Below are positions 26,337 through 36,041 of a stretch of 64,000 bases of DNA, piece after piece. Source of the stretch: a plasmid; sequence record NZ_CP049149.1; one strand, written 5' to 3'. Made by a program: the position numbers and the translations under genes. The notes below the pieces were generated by a model. That model had not been told where the DNA came from and made no database searches. It saw nothing but the letters and a program-made list of their open reading frames with translations. Each line of letters opens with the position of its first letter. The stretch's first letter is position 1.

Positions 26337-28667
26337 ATGTCTAAACCCCACAAAAGAGCTGTACTGAAGGAGGTACAGGATTTTCGCGACTGTGTTAAAC
26401 GAGTGGTGGCAATGCTCTCTGGCAAAAGAATTCCTGTCGCTGAACGAGGCAATGAAGCGTTTGTTCGCTACAACAAACGTGGGGAGCCAGTACTCGTTAA
26501 CATTCCCTCCATTCCTGACGACGCCACTCCGACGCTCATGAATGCGGTACGCGGCTTCCTTGACCATGAGGTAGCCCATATCCTGTTTACTGATCCCAAA
26601 GTCGCCATGAACATGCGTAACAAGGGCAAAGCCCCATCGACAGGCCTGTGGAACGCGCTGGAGGATGTTTTTATTGAGCGCAAGATGGGGCAGGTGTTTG
26701 GCGGAACACGCCGCAATCTGCTGGCGACGCAGAAGCTGATCATTGAGAAATACTTCCAAACCAACGTGGCCAAAGCAGTAGCCGTCTGCAAAGGCGATCA
26801 GCGTGATTTGTTCCTGAAATTCTTTCTGTGCCCCGTCGTTCGAGCCTGGGATGGCCAAAGCCCTTTTGTTGAGTTTATGGAAGACCATTGGCATTACATC
26901 GCCAAGCCTGTAGCGCTGCTTAAAGAGCATGGTATTGATGTAGCGGTACGCAACATGTCCTGTACTGAGGATTGCGTAAAAGTGGCCGCAGCCATCGCTC
27001 TGCTCATGAAAGACCTGAAAGAAGAGACGGAAGGAAAGCTTCCGGAGAAAAAGTCTTCGGCCAAGAAACCATCTGGCAGCAAGGAAAAAGACGATGAGCC
27101 CGGACGTGAAGATGGCAACCCAGCAAGCCCGGAAAGCGATGACGAAGAGCCAGAAAATGGAGAAGATGAGCTGGGCGCAGCCGACCATAAAAGCGAGCCG
27201 AAGGATGATGAGTCTGGGGAGTTTGATGCGCCAAAATCATTAGATAAGTACTTACCTACTGACGATAAAAATATAAGTGATACAGATATTAATAATACGG
27301 AAGCAGGCTCTGATGGCATAAAAAACTCGCCAGATGAGGATTGTGGCGGTTCAGATGGTGAACATGACCAGAACGAGGAGAGCGCGCCAGCGCCGGGCGA
27401 TGGGATTCGCGAGGATGCAGACGAATCGGACGGATATGGCAGCGGCGAGGGTGATGCGTCAGAAGATGATCGTTCGGCCACAGGTGGTGGAAGCGATGGC
27501 GAGCCAGACAAAGACGGTGAAGAATCGGGTGAAGGAAGCGAGACGGAGGAAGGTGCCGAAGACTCACAGGATGACGACTCCGGGTGTGTGGCTTCTCCGG
27601 ACGATATGACGCTTGACGATGCACTCAAGGCACTGGACGAGGTTGAAGATGAGGTCGGGGAAGTAACAGAAGACGCGCTCTCTTCGACAATCAGCAGCGA
27701 ACTGAAAAGAACCTCTCTTGAGGAATATCGCCCATACGACCGCTCTTACGACTTTATCGGTCCAATCGACGAGGCAGAAGACCACATCAGGCGTACCAAA
27801 AAAGTCTTTGGAGCCATTCCGATGTACTCACCCATTGACCGTTATCGCATGGTTCCGGAAGGTCGCAAGCTGTTTGAGTTGTCCATCGAGCGACACCTGT
27901 CGGCCGGTGTATCTGCAACCCTCGCCAAAGATCTGGAGCGTGCGATTGCCAGCAGAAACCGGGTGCAGTTTATACCGGGTCAGCGTCGTGGCCGCATTCA
28001 TGGCTCCAGTCTTTATCGCCTGGCGATGAACGATGATCGCGTATTCCGTCGCAAGGAAGATCACCGTGCAGTTAACGCGTGCGTCCAGCAGGTTATCGAC
28101 TTATCAGGTTCAATGAGCGGCAAAAAGATTCACCTGGCACTGGCCAGCGCATACACCATCGCCGATGCACTCGACCGCATTAACGTGCCGAACATCATCA
28201 CCGGCTTCACCACGTTCGGAAATCCGGACTACTCGACAATGTCGAAAGCAGGGTTCTCACGTTTTGAAGCGCTGATGCTGCCAATCATCAAGAACTGGAA
28301 TGAGAAAGCGAACTCTCCGGAGATCCGCGCTCGTATGGGTTGTGTGGGCGAGACGTTCCCCCTGCTCAACAACGTTGATGGCGAGAGTATCGCGCAGCTG
28401 GCATCACTGTTTTCGGGGCGCATGGAGGACAAGAAAATCATGATGGTCATGAGCGATGGCGCGCCGTGTGCTGCTGGCGATGGGTTTGCTCCACATTTGA
28501 GATCTGTCACTAACGAGATCGAGACCTTAAGCGACATTGATCTCATGGCCATAGGCATCCTTACTGACGCTCCGAGACGCTATTACAAAAACTACGCCCT
28601 CGTGAACAGCGTTGAGCAAATCGGGCCATCGGTCGTTAAAGAGCTGTCTCGTATCATTCTCGGGTAA
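26337..28667 (+). CDS. CobT-like vWA-domain protein with long acidic linker
   Basis: C-terminal vWA MIDAS motif DLSGSMSG. Very acidic, low-complexity central region (D/E/S/G-rich). RBS aaggga. Confidence 0.6.
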   Translation: MSKPHKRAVLKEVQDFRDCVKRVVAMLSGKRIPVAERGNEAFVRYNKRGEPVLVNIPSIPDDATPTLMNAVRGFLDHEVAHILFTDPKVAMNMRNKGKAPSTGLWNALEDVFIERKMGQVFGGTRRNLLATQKLIIEKYFQTNVAKAVAVCKGDQRDLFLKFFLCPVVRAWDGQSPFVEFMEDHWHYIAKPVALLKEHGIDVAVRNMSCTEDCVKVAAAIALLMKDLKEETEGKLPEKKSSAKKPSGSKEKDDEPGREDGNPASPESDDEEPENGEDELGAADHKSEPKDDESGEFDAPKSLDKYLPTDDKNISDTDINNTEAGSDGIKNSPDEDCGGSDGEHDQNEESAPAPGDGIREDADESDGYGSGEGDASEDDRSATGGGSDGEPDKDGEESGEGSETEEGAEDSQDDDSGCVASPDDMTLDDALKALDEVEDEVGEVTEDALSSTISSELKRTSLEEYRPYDRSYDFIGPIDEAEDHIRRTKKVFGAIPMYSPIDRYRMVPEGRKLFELSIERHLSAGVSATLAKDLERAIASRNRVQFIPGQRRGRIHGSSLYRLAMNDDRVFRRKEDHRAVNACVQQVIDLSGSMSGKKIHLALASAYTIADALDRINVPNIITGFTTFGNPDYSTMSKAGFSRFEALMLPIIKNWNEKANSPEIRARMGCVGETFPLLNNVDGESIAQLASLFSGRMEDKKIMMVMSDGAPCAAGDGFAPHLRSVTNEIETLSDIDLMAIGILTDAPRRYYKNYALVNSVEQIGPSVVKELSRIILG

Positions 28668-28761
28668 AAATTTACCCGATAAAATAAGTAATCACTTACT
28701 ATACACCCTAATATATTTATATAAGATATACGCCACTAACGACAACGAGTAAGGAAAGCAC

Positions 28762-29997
28762 ATGGCCGCTAATGCACTGAATCAAGAACAGCAACTGCCT
28801 GAAACCATCGTCTGCAAATGGTGTGGCAAATCCTTTCACCACCTCAAATCTCACATTTCTATGGGGCGCTGCGAAAACCTTCCGGAAGCAGCGAAAGGCC
28901 TGGATGTCGATGAGGTGGTGAAGATGTACACCACGGAGTTTCCGGACGAACCGACCATTTCCAGCACCGCGCTGGCCAAACTCAAAGAGAAGCGTGCCGA
29001 ACTGCATACCGGAGATAGCAAAGTCGCGGAGATCAGCGCGCACCCAGGCTATGTGGGTTCTGTTGAGTACAAGACGGAGCTGGTAGCCGCGCACGAGCTG
29101 CTTGGCGTAACGCTGAAAGAGCTGGGAACGCCACGAGGCAGACCCCTGCAGGTAACGGTGAACGTCAATACGCCATACCCGGAGTTCATACCGGAAGTGA
29201 AGAAGAACTATGTGTATGGCGATTTCGATCTGATTAAAGACGTCTTCATGATGCTGGAGATTGGCATCCCTGGCTATCTCTGGGGTCACGCTGGCACCGG
29301 CAAATCCTCACTGCCAACGCAGCTCTGTGCTCTGCTCAATCGCCCGCTTATCCGCGCACAGCACACCGCTTCGATGGAGGAAAGCCATGTAACGGGTCAG
29401 ATCCTCGCGCGCGACGGCTCCACCTACTTTGAGCCTGGGCTGCTGGCGCTGGCCATGAAAAACGGTTGGGTTTACCTGGCTGACGAATACGACTTCGCTT
29501 TCCCGCAGATTCTTGGCGTGTACCAGCCGGTACTGGAAGGAGAGCCGCTCATCGTTAAAGAGGCGACTCCGGACTGGCGCCGCATTACGCCACATAAGCG
29601 CTTCGCCTTCATCGGAACAGGTAACACCAACGGATCTGGCGACGAAACCGGTCTCTATCAAGGCACGAACATCCAGAACGCCGCGAACTTCTCACGCTTT
29701 GGCATCGTGTCCAACGTGAAATACATGAGTCCGGAGGCAGAAACAAACATGTTGGTTCAGGCGGGCATCATTCGCGAGTACGCCGAGAAAATAGTGAAGT
29801 TCGCCAATCTCGTTCGCGAAGGGTACGAACAGCACCTCATCAGTCAGCCTATCGGTCCTCGTGAACTGCTGCTGGCTTCAAAAATCGGAATGATGCGCGG
29901 CGACTTTGCTGCTGGCATCGAGAAGGCGTTCATCAACAAGCTGCCATCCACGTCTGCCCAGGCTTCACGTGAGGTGGTTCAGAAGATCTTCGGTTAA
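28762..29997 (+). CDS. CobS/MoxR-like AAA+ ATPase
   Basis: Walker A GHAGTGKSSL and Walker B VYLADEYD. Paired with the vWA protein, as in CobS/CobT-like phage gene pairs. Confidence 0.65.
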   Translation: MAANALNQEQQLPETIVCKWCGKSFHHLKSHISMGRCENLPEAAKGLDVDEVVKMYTTEFPDEPTISSTALAKLKEKRAELHTGDSKVAEISAHPGYVGSVEYKTELVAAHELLGVTLKELGTPRGRPLQVTVNVNTPYPEFIPEVKKNYVYGDFDLIKDVFMMLEIGIPGYLWGHAGTGKSSLPTQLCALLNRPLIRAQHTASMEESHVTGQILARDGSTYFEPGLLALAMKNGWVYLADEYDFAFPQILGVYQPVLEGEPLIVKEATPDWRRITPHKRFAFIGTGNTNGSGDETGLYQGTNIQNAANFSRFGIVSNVKYMSPEAETNMLVQAGIIREYAEKIVKFANLVREGYEQHLISQPIGPRELLLASKIGMMRGDFAAGIEKAFINKLPSTSAQASREVVQKIFG

Positions 29998-30177
29998 TCG
30001 TGCGTAAAGGATGCTTTGGCTCACTTATCGCAGCGTCTGAAACTGGCCGGGCTTGCTCAATGTGTCCTGAGAAGCCCGCGTGCCATGCGGCAGCCAGAGA
30101 GGTTGCGATTTCGCTGTATGGGAAGTTCGTAGGCTTCCCCAATGACAAAATCAAAAAAACCAGAAAGGTAAAAACAC

Positions 30178-32541
30178 ATGAAGGCTCTGATGGTCAGAAC
30201 TGACTTCTCGCTGGGGGAGTCAGCGCTAAAAGCAGAAAAGGCGGTCAAAATTGCAAAGGAAGCTGGCTATACCGCTGTCATTTCCGCTGACAGCATGAAT
30301 ATTGCCAGTGTCATCCCCCTCCAGCGCGCCGCGGGTGACGATATGGCGGTGATCTGTGGTGTTAAGCTGAATATTGTCGACGACCCCACATACGAGCACC
30401 GCGCCCGAATGGCGAAAGAGTCTGATAGATGTATGGAATCATTGGTGCGTGACCGTAGTTACAGCTTCACTGCACTCATCAAAAATGAGCAAGGTTATCG
30501 CGATGTTTGCGAGCTGATGACCTTAGCGAACAAGCGCGAGCAATTTTACTTCGTACCACGTCTGGCTCTCGACCAGCTGGCTACCGTTTATGCCAAAGGC
30601 AACATCATCCTGCTGACGTCCGACATGGGCAGCGTATTCCAGCGCCGCGACTTCGCGAAGATCATTAGCACGTTGGTTTCTGCGGGTGGGCGCGACAACT
30701 TCTACAGCGTGGTTTATCCGCACCCTACGCCATTCTACGACCAGATTAACGTCCGGGCGATGAAAGTGGCGAGCGCATTGAAAATCGAGCCAGTGGCGTT
30801 CTATCCCGCTTATTACGAAGCTGTCGAGGATGCAGACATTAAAGACATTGCGCACATGGTGACGAACAACATCAAGATCGACCAGCCGCATCGTCTCCGT
30901 ATTCCCCACCAGCGTGACAACGCCATCAATGGGCGCCGGCATCTGCTTGAGGCGCTCAAAGCATTCTCCGTTCGGATGGGTGTACCAGTGACGGCGGCTA
31001 TGGTATCGACGACACAGGACGCGATCATCGAAGCCTGCACCTGGCGCTGGCACGAACTGCCACCGGCATTACCAAAGATGGCCGAAGACGAACCTGCTGC
31101 ACTGATGAAACTTGCGGTTGCTGGCCTGCGCAAGCGTCTCACCACCAAAGAGTTTGGCTATACGCCACCAGCGTCTGAGCACCGTGTATATGTTGATCGT
31201 CTCAAGTATGAAATGGATACGCTGACCCGCCTGGGCTTCTGCGGTTACTTTCTGATGGTGCGCGATTTGATGAATCACAGTCGCGAAACCGGTATTCCAG
31301 TTGGCCCCGGTCGTGGTTCATCTGCTGGCTCTCTGGTGGCCTGGTGTATCGGCATCACCAACGTTGACCCAATCCGCCACGGTCTTCTGTTTGAGCGTTT
31401 CATTAACCCTGAGCGTCTCGACCTTCCGGATGCAGATCTGGACTTTAGCCAGGCACGTCGCCATGAGGTGATCGAGTATCTGAATGAGCGCTATGGCGAG
31501 GACTATGTTGCCGGTATTCCTAACTTCACTTATCTGGGCGCGGCTTCCGCGCTGCGCGATACCGCTCGTATTTATGGCGTCGACGCCGCGGATATGGCGG
31601 TGTCCAAAGAGTTCAAGAATCTGGAAGACGATAGCCTGTCACTGGAAGAACTGCGCGAGCAGCTGGCCAGCCTGGACAAATACGCTAACAAAAACCCGGA
31701 AGCGTTTAAGGCGGCGTGCAAGCTGCAAAGTCTGATGCGTGGCTTCGGCCGCCACGCTGCGGGCATGATTGTCGCTGGCGTACCACTGGTTGAGCGCACG
31801 CCCGTAGAGCTGCGGGGTAATGCGCGCTGCATTGCGTTCGATAAGCGTTACTGCGAGGCAATGGGGCTGATTAAGCTGGACGTACTCGGTCTGGCCACGC
31901 TCGATCTGCTGGATAGCGCAAAGCGTTACATCAAAGAGAGCACTGGCAACGATATCAACCTCGACGCCATTCCACTCGACGACCGCAAAGTTCTGGATGG
32001 TTTCGCAGCTGGCTACACACAGGGCGTCTTCCAGCTGGAATCTGGCCCAATGCGCAAGCTGCTTAAAGATCTGGGTAGCGGTATCGAGCCAATGAGCTTT
32101 AAAACGGTTGTCGCGACCACCGCGCTCTTCCGCCCCGGCCCCATCCAGTCAGGCATGTTGGATGACTACGTTTCTGTGGCCAAAGGCTTCATGCCACCAC
32201 ATTCCTTGCACCCAATGCTAGACGATATATCTCGCGATACAAACGGCGTACTGATTTATCAGGAGCAAATCATGGCTGCTACGCGAATCCTGGCGGGGTT
32301 CTCAATGGCGGAAGCAGACTCGGTCAGGAAAGCGATCGGGAAAAAAGATATGGAAAAAATGAAATCCATTGGTGGCGACTTCATTAAGCGAGCGGAGAAA
32401 GGCTGGGTGACAGTGTCACTTGATGATGGTTCTACGCGGAAAATTCATAAAACGGCACGTTTGCTTTGCGCTGATGGTGAGCGTCGTACTTACGCCGAAG
32501 CAATGGCTGTAAATGCCGACATAACGAGCTTCGATATTTGA
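30178..32541 (+). CDS. dnaE: DNA polymerase III alpha (DnaE-type) N-terminal fragment: PHP and polymerase core
   Basis: PHP domain followed by GSSAGSLVAWCIGIT and catalytic aspartates in RLDLPDADLDF. The fragment ends at ...FIKRAEKG plus a 45-aa unrelated tail, about 25 aa before the conserved FNKSHS motif. Confidence 0.8.
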   Translation: MKALMVRTDFSLGESALKAEKAVKIAKEAGYTAVISADSMNIASVIPLQRAAGDDMAVICGVKLNIVDDPTYEHRARMAKESDRCMESLVRDRSYSFTALIKNEQGYRDVCELMTLANKREQFYFVPRLALDQLATVYAKGNIILLTSDMGSVFQRRDFAKIISTLVSAGGRDNFYSVVYPHPTPFYDQINVRAMKVASALKIEPVAFYPAYYEAVEDADIKDIAHMVTNNIKIDQPHRLRIPHQRDNAINGRRHLLEALKAFSVRMGVPVTAAMVSTTQDAIIEACTWRWHELPPALPKMAEDEPAALMKLAVAGLRKRLTTKEFGYTPPASEHRVYVDRLKYEMDTLTRLGFCGYFLMVRDLMNHSRETGIPVGPGRGSSAGSLVAWCIGITNVDPIRHGLLFERFINPERLDLPDADLDFSQARRHEVIEYLNERYGEDYVAGIPNFTYLGAASALRDTARIYGVDAADMAVSKEFKNLEDDSLSLEELREQLASLDKYANKNPEAFKAACKLQSLMRGFGRHAAGMIVAGVPLVERTPVELRGNARCIAFDKRYCEAMGLIKLDVLGLATLDLLDSAKRYIKESTGNDINLDAIPLDDRKVLDGFAAGYTQGVFQLESGPMRKLLKDLGSGIEPMSFKTVVATTALFRPGPIQSGMLDDYVSVAKGFMPPHSLHPMLDDISRDTNGVLIYQEQIMAATRILAGFSMAEADSVRKAIGKKDMEKMKSIGGDFIKRAEKGWVTVSLDDGSTRKIHKTARLLCADGERRTYAEAMAVNADITSFDI

Positions 32542-32560
32542 TATTTAATTTATAAGATAA

Positions 32561-32575
32561 GAAAACAATTTGTTT
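32561..32575. promoter_or_regulatory. Palindromic motif GAAAACAATTTGTTT upstream of the HNH endonuclease gene
   Basis: AAAACAAnTTGTTT family, lying inside the dnaE split. Confidence 0.35.
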
Positions 32576-32589
32576 AGTGAGTTTAAGTA

Positions 32590-33324
32590 ATGCCGGGTAC
32601 GAAGTACAAAATCACAGAAGAATGGTTACGTCAGCGTTACATGGTTGACCTGATGAGAAAAGAAGACATTGCAGCCGAAGCTGGTTGCAGCAAGGCAAAT
32701 ATTGACCGCCTATTGGCCAAGTGGGGGATTAGACGCGGGAGCGCTCGGATATCCGCTACCCCAGCTTGGAACCAAGGCAAAAATAAAAACAACGACGAAC
32801 GCATGAAGCGACTCTCCGAAGCCCGGACTGGCGCTGGCAACCCTATGTATGGGAAGACCGCGTGGAATACTGGTCTGCGTGCTGATACCGATGAGCGAGT
32901 GTCCGCCGTATCGAAAAAACTGCTCGGCAAAACAATCAGTGCGGATACGAAGGAAAAGCTTGCGGCTGCCAAACGCGGAAAGTTGGGTGATGAAGCGAAC
33001 AACTATAAAGGTGGCGTCATCTTAAAAACTAACGGCTATCTGATGCGGCTGGTTGGTAACAACGGCGTTTCGCAATACGAATACGTTCATCGGTTGATAG
33101 CGAAAGAACGGCTCGGCCGAGCGCTACGTGACAATGAACATGTACACCACATTAACCGCAATACGGTAGACAACGCTCCTGGGAATCTGGTGGCACTTCC
33201 AGAAGACGCCCACATTCGCCTGCATCATGACATGCGTGATGAGGTATGGAGCTGGGAGCGTCAGCGAGAATGGCTCATCGCCAATGGGTATGAGTTCGTG
33301 AAGATTGATGAGGTGACTGCATGA
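32590..33324 (+). CDS. Free-standing HNH homing endonuclease inserted within dnaE
   Basis: HNH motif HHINRNTVDNAPGNLVALPEDAHIRLHH. In the same frame as dnaE-N but separated from it by two stop codons. Has its own RBS (agtttaagtaATG). Confidence 0.75.
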   Translation: MPGTKYKITEEWLRQRYMVDLMRKEDIAAEAGCSKANIDRLLAKWGIRRGSARISATPAWNQGKNKNNDERMKRLSEARTGAGNPMYGKTAWNTGLRADTDERVSAVSKKLLGKTISADTKEKLAAAKRGKLGDEANNYKGGVILKTNGYLMRLVGNNGVSQYEYVHRLIAKERLGRALRDNEHVHHINRNTVDNAPGNLVALPEDAHIRLHHDMRDEVWSWERQREWLIANGYEFVKIDEVTA

Positions 33325-34490
33325 AAATTACCGGTGTTGTTGAAGAGAGTAATGGCCTGACGCATGAACGAGCCGAAGAAATCTGGAATATGTTTGAAAA
33401 ATCCGGCGCGTATGCCTTTAACAAATCGCACTCTGTTGCTTATTCTTTAATCAGCTATCAGTCCATGTGGCTAAAAACGCACTACCCGGCTGAGTTTTTT
33501 GCTGCTGCGCTCACCATTCTGGGCGAGGACAAACATCAGGGGCTTGTGAAGGATGCGCTGACCTATGGCATTCGCGTACTGCCACCAGATGTGAACATAT
33601 CGTCTAATCGCATTGAGATCCGCACGCTGGAAGATGGCAGCCAGGTTCTTTACGCGCCCTTCTCTGCCATCAAAGGATGCTCTGAGAATGGTTGCCAGGC
33701 CATCATGCGAGCACGAGAAAAGGTCGGTGGCGCATTCGAGTCACTGGCGCAGTTTGAAGAAGCGGTAGAGAAGCGTGCCTGCAATAGCCGAGTACGTGAA
33801 TCGCTGGACAAAGTTGGGGCGTTTGCATCCATTGATCCGGGCAGCTTGCCAGCCACCGCTCCGGAACGTCTGCGCGACCAGGCGGAGCTGATGGGCAATC
33901 TGGTAATCGACGCAGTGAAAGCCTCACGTCCGTTTGAAATGAACCCCAAGCGCTCTGCTGAGGTCAATTTGCTTATGACGCGCATGGCGGCCGAAATGGG
34001 CTTAGGAGATGAGCTGATCCGCCCAAGCATCGGCATTAAACCGAAAATCATGGTCATTCTGGATAACGCGAACGGCAATGATGGGCGTACCGGTTACTTC
34101 ATGGAGAACGGCTATGACGACTTCAAGGCCAAACTGCTTACTGCAGGCGACTTACGCATGGGCGATCTGTATGTCACCGGCGTATGTAAAAAGGTGAAGG
34201 ACAAAGAGAAAGACTACACCAAAGATGAAATCGGCCAGTTCACCGACTTCATGCGTGAAGAGATAAACCTGGTACGTCCGACTTATGTGCTGACGTGTGG
34301 CAGCCGGGCGACATCACTCTTCAATAACAAGAGCAAACCGTCAGATCTGGTTGGTCGTAAAGAGTATCTGCCGGAGCTGGATGTCACCGTCTTCTACGGG
34401 TTTAACCCGAACATTTTGTACTTCCGTCCAGAGGAAGGAGAAAAGCTGGAAGCGATTCTGGCAGAGGTAGCGGAGACTATTAACAAATGA
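33321..34490 (+). CDS. dnaE: DNA polymerase III alpha (DnaE-type) C-terminal fragment
   Basis: Begins ...ERAEEIWNMFEKSGAYAFNKSHSVAYSLISYQSMWLKTHYPAEFFAA, matching E. coli DnaE around the FNKSHS motif. ATGA overlap with the HNH stop codon. Different frame from the N-fragment. Confidence 0.7.
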   Translation: MKITGVVEESNGLTHERAEEIWNMFEKSGAYAFNKSHSVAYSLISYQSMWLKTHYPAEFFAAALTILGEDKHQGLVKDALTYGIRVLPPDVNISSNRIEIRTLEDGSQVLYAPFSAIKGCSENGCQAIMRAREKVGGAFESLAQFEEAVEKRACNSRVRESLDKVGAFASIDPGSLPATAPERLRDQAELMGNLVIDAVKASRPFEMNPKRSAEVNLLMTRMAAEMGLGDELIRPSIGIKPKIMVILDNANGNDGRTGYFMENGYDDFKAKLLTAGDLRMGDLYVTGVCKKVKDKEKDYTKDEIGQFTDFMREEINLVRPTYVLTCGSRATSLFNNKSKPSDLVGRKEYLPELDVTVFYGFNPNILYFRPEEGEKLEAILAEVAETINK

Positions 34491-34930
34491 GCAAAGACAC
34501 CACCATGAACGAGGCACAGAAGATTGCACAAGAGCTGGCGAGCATCCCAGATGAGTTTCGAGATAAAGCAGTGGCGGCCACGCTGAAGTCGCAGTTCTGG
34601 GAAATTATTGATTGCCCGGTCACGTTAGATCTGGCGCTCGCGTTCGCCAGACTGGATGGGGTCGACAACACCAGCCGCTTGCGTAAATGCGCCAGAGCTT
34701 TGGCGCTAAAAACACAAGATCCCAAAGCGTGCGGTTATCTGCTGGCGATATACGAAGCTGACGATCCGCAGACGCAGCTGGAAGCATTCAAAACGTTCCG
34801 CGACCGCCTGGTACTTAAGGTGGCCAAAGAGTTTAAGGAGGTGAACAAGATTGGAGATGTACGGCAGTACAGATTAAAACGCCAAACTAGGGTAACTCTG
34901 TCGAATATTTTCGGTAGGAAAGTAGCATAA
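34487..34930 (+). CDS. Hypothetical protein
   Basis: 147-aa ORF coupled to dnaE-C. A bidirectional terminator at about 34927-34950 follows. Confidence 0.4.
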   Translation: MSKDTTMNEAQKIAQELASIPDEFRDKAVAATLKSQFWEIIDCPVTLDLALAFARLDGVDNTSRLRKCARALALKTQDPKACGYLLAIYEADDPQTQLEAFKTFRDRLVLKVAKEFKEVNKIGDVRQYRLKRQTRVTLSNIFGRKVA

Positions 34931-34957
34931 AGAAAAACCCGCCAAATGGCGGGTTCT

Positions 34958-35539
34958 TTATGCGTAAACTTCTTCTTCGTGGTCATGCGGGCGAAGGAGT
35001 GAGTGCGCGATTGACTCCACTTCCTGAATGTCGCCAAATGCTCTTAAACGCAGGGCAAGGTTCCACTTGTTCAATGTGTACGCGTTACGCACCAGCTCTT
35101 CCCGCGCTTTTGCGTCTTTGCTGTCGAGACGACCGCAATCATTCAACCATTTAGCGACGTCTGACCAGTCCCAGAGTGGAGACTGACCGCTGATGCGCTG
35201 AATTGGGCAAGGGAAATCACCTTTGCCACGTAAACCGTCTTTAAGCAGAGTGATAGCCTGGCGAGTTAAGCCGGAGAGTTGAGCAATATCACTCAAGCCT
35301 ACCAGTGCTGAATCTACTGATTCAACCACTGCGCCGATACCTGCTGTTTCAATATTATCGATCGCCGATTTAATTGCCTCATCTAAAGATTCGGCTTCTC
35401 GGTCAAATTCTACATACACTGAGCTGCCGTAATAACAGATGAGCGCGTCATCGCAACCGTTGGTGTACAGCGCGTCTGCAAGACCTTCAGTCTCCATCTG
35501 CACACCCGATAATGTCAGTGTAAAATTATAGAGTTCCAT
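34958..35539 (-). CDS. HicB-like antitoxin candidate
   Basis: Downstream partner of a HicA-like small gene. N-terminus YNFTLTLSGVQMETEGLADALYTNGCDDALICYYGSSVYVEFD loosely resembles the HicB RNase-H-like fold. Weak. Confidence 0.3.
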   Translation of the reverse strand: MELYNFTLTLSGVQMETEGLADALYTNGCDDALICYYGSSVYVEFDREAESLDEAIKSAIDNIETAGIGAVVESVDSALVGLSDIAQLSGLTRQAITLLKDGLRGKGDFPCPIQRISGQSPLWDWSDVAKWLNDCGRLDSKDAKAREELVRNAYTLNKWNLALRLRAFGDIQEVESIAHSLLRPHDHEEEVYA

Positions 35540-35591
35540 TTGGATCTCCTCGTCAAAAAGGCGGTTGCCCGCCTTGGCTAAAACTCCCGAA

Positions 35592-35828
35592 TCAGTCCTT
35601 TCTTGATTTCGGGTTACAGCGGTCGACCAGTCTGCGGATCTGCTTTGCGTGCGTCCCCGGGTCTTTAGGCGTGCTGTTTACGCTCATGGCGTGAGTACGT
35701 CCATGTTCGGCAATTCCGCATTTGATGGTACAGAATGGATGCCCTGTCGCTTCTTCAACGATCCAGCCTTTTTCTTCTGCATAGCGGAGTGCTTCACGTA
35801 CTTCTTTATTAGGGTGCTTCTTGCTCAT
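35592..35828 (-). CDS. HicA-like mRNA-interferase toxin candidate
   Basis: 78 aa and basic. Contains GWIVEEATGHPF...HAMSVNSTPKDPGTHAKQIRRLV, resembling the HicA (YcfA) GSHH...P.H...gtl..I pattern. It is the first gene of a two-gene minus-strand operon. Confidence 0.35.
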   Translation of the reverse strand: MSKKHPNKEVREALRYAEEKGWIVEEATGHPFCTIKCGIAEHGRTHAMSVNSTPKDPGTHAKQIRRLVDRCNPKSRKD

Positions 35829-36041
35829 CAGCCTCCTAGTGCGCTAATAATAGACAGGGTGTTAACACGAGTCAACACTCTTTGACGATGCCGAGTGTGA
35901 CGGATTAACACCCCCATACAGGCGCATCTACGGCTACGCAGTACTGACATTAGGTTATCAGATTAATCCTCGTTTTTTGTCACTTGCCACCCGACAAACC
36001 TTGTTTTTCTTGTGTCATAAATTTCTGCGCCTGAACGCTTC

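Noticed and set aside
26190-27628. Long antisense ORFs (332 aa at 26190-27188 and a 244-aa Ser-rich ORF at 26894-27628) opposite the cobT-like gene
   Set aside because: They are reverse-complement reading artefacts of the GA-rich acidic linker (Asp/Glu codons read as Ser/Leu on the opposite strand). The sense-strand gene has clear vWA and acidic domains.
32541-33324. Possibility that the dnaE interruption is an intein rather than a free-standing homing endonuclease
   Set aside because: dnaE-N is terminated by two in-frame stops. HNH is a separate ORF with its own RBS. dnaE-C is in a different frame and starts with its own ATG. The junction lacks a Cys/Ser-1 and a terminal HN, and the site differs from the canonical DnaE intein site immediately before FNKSHS.
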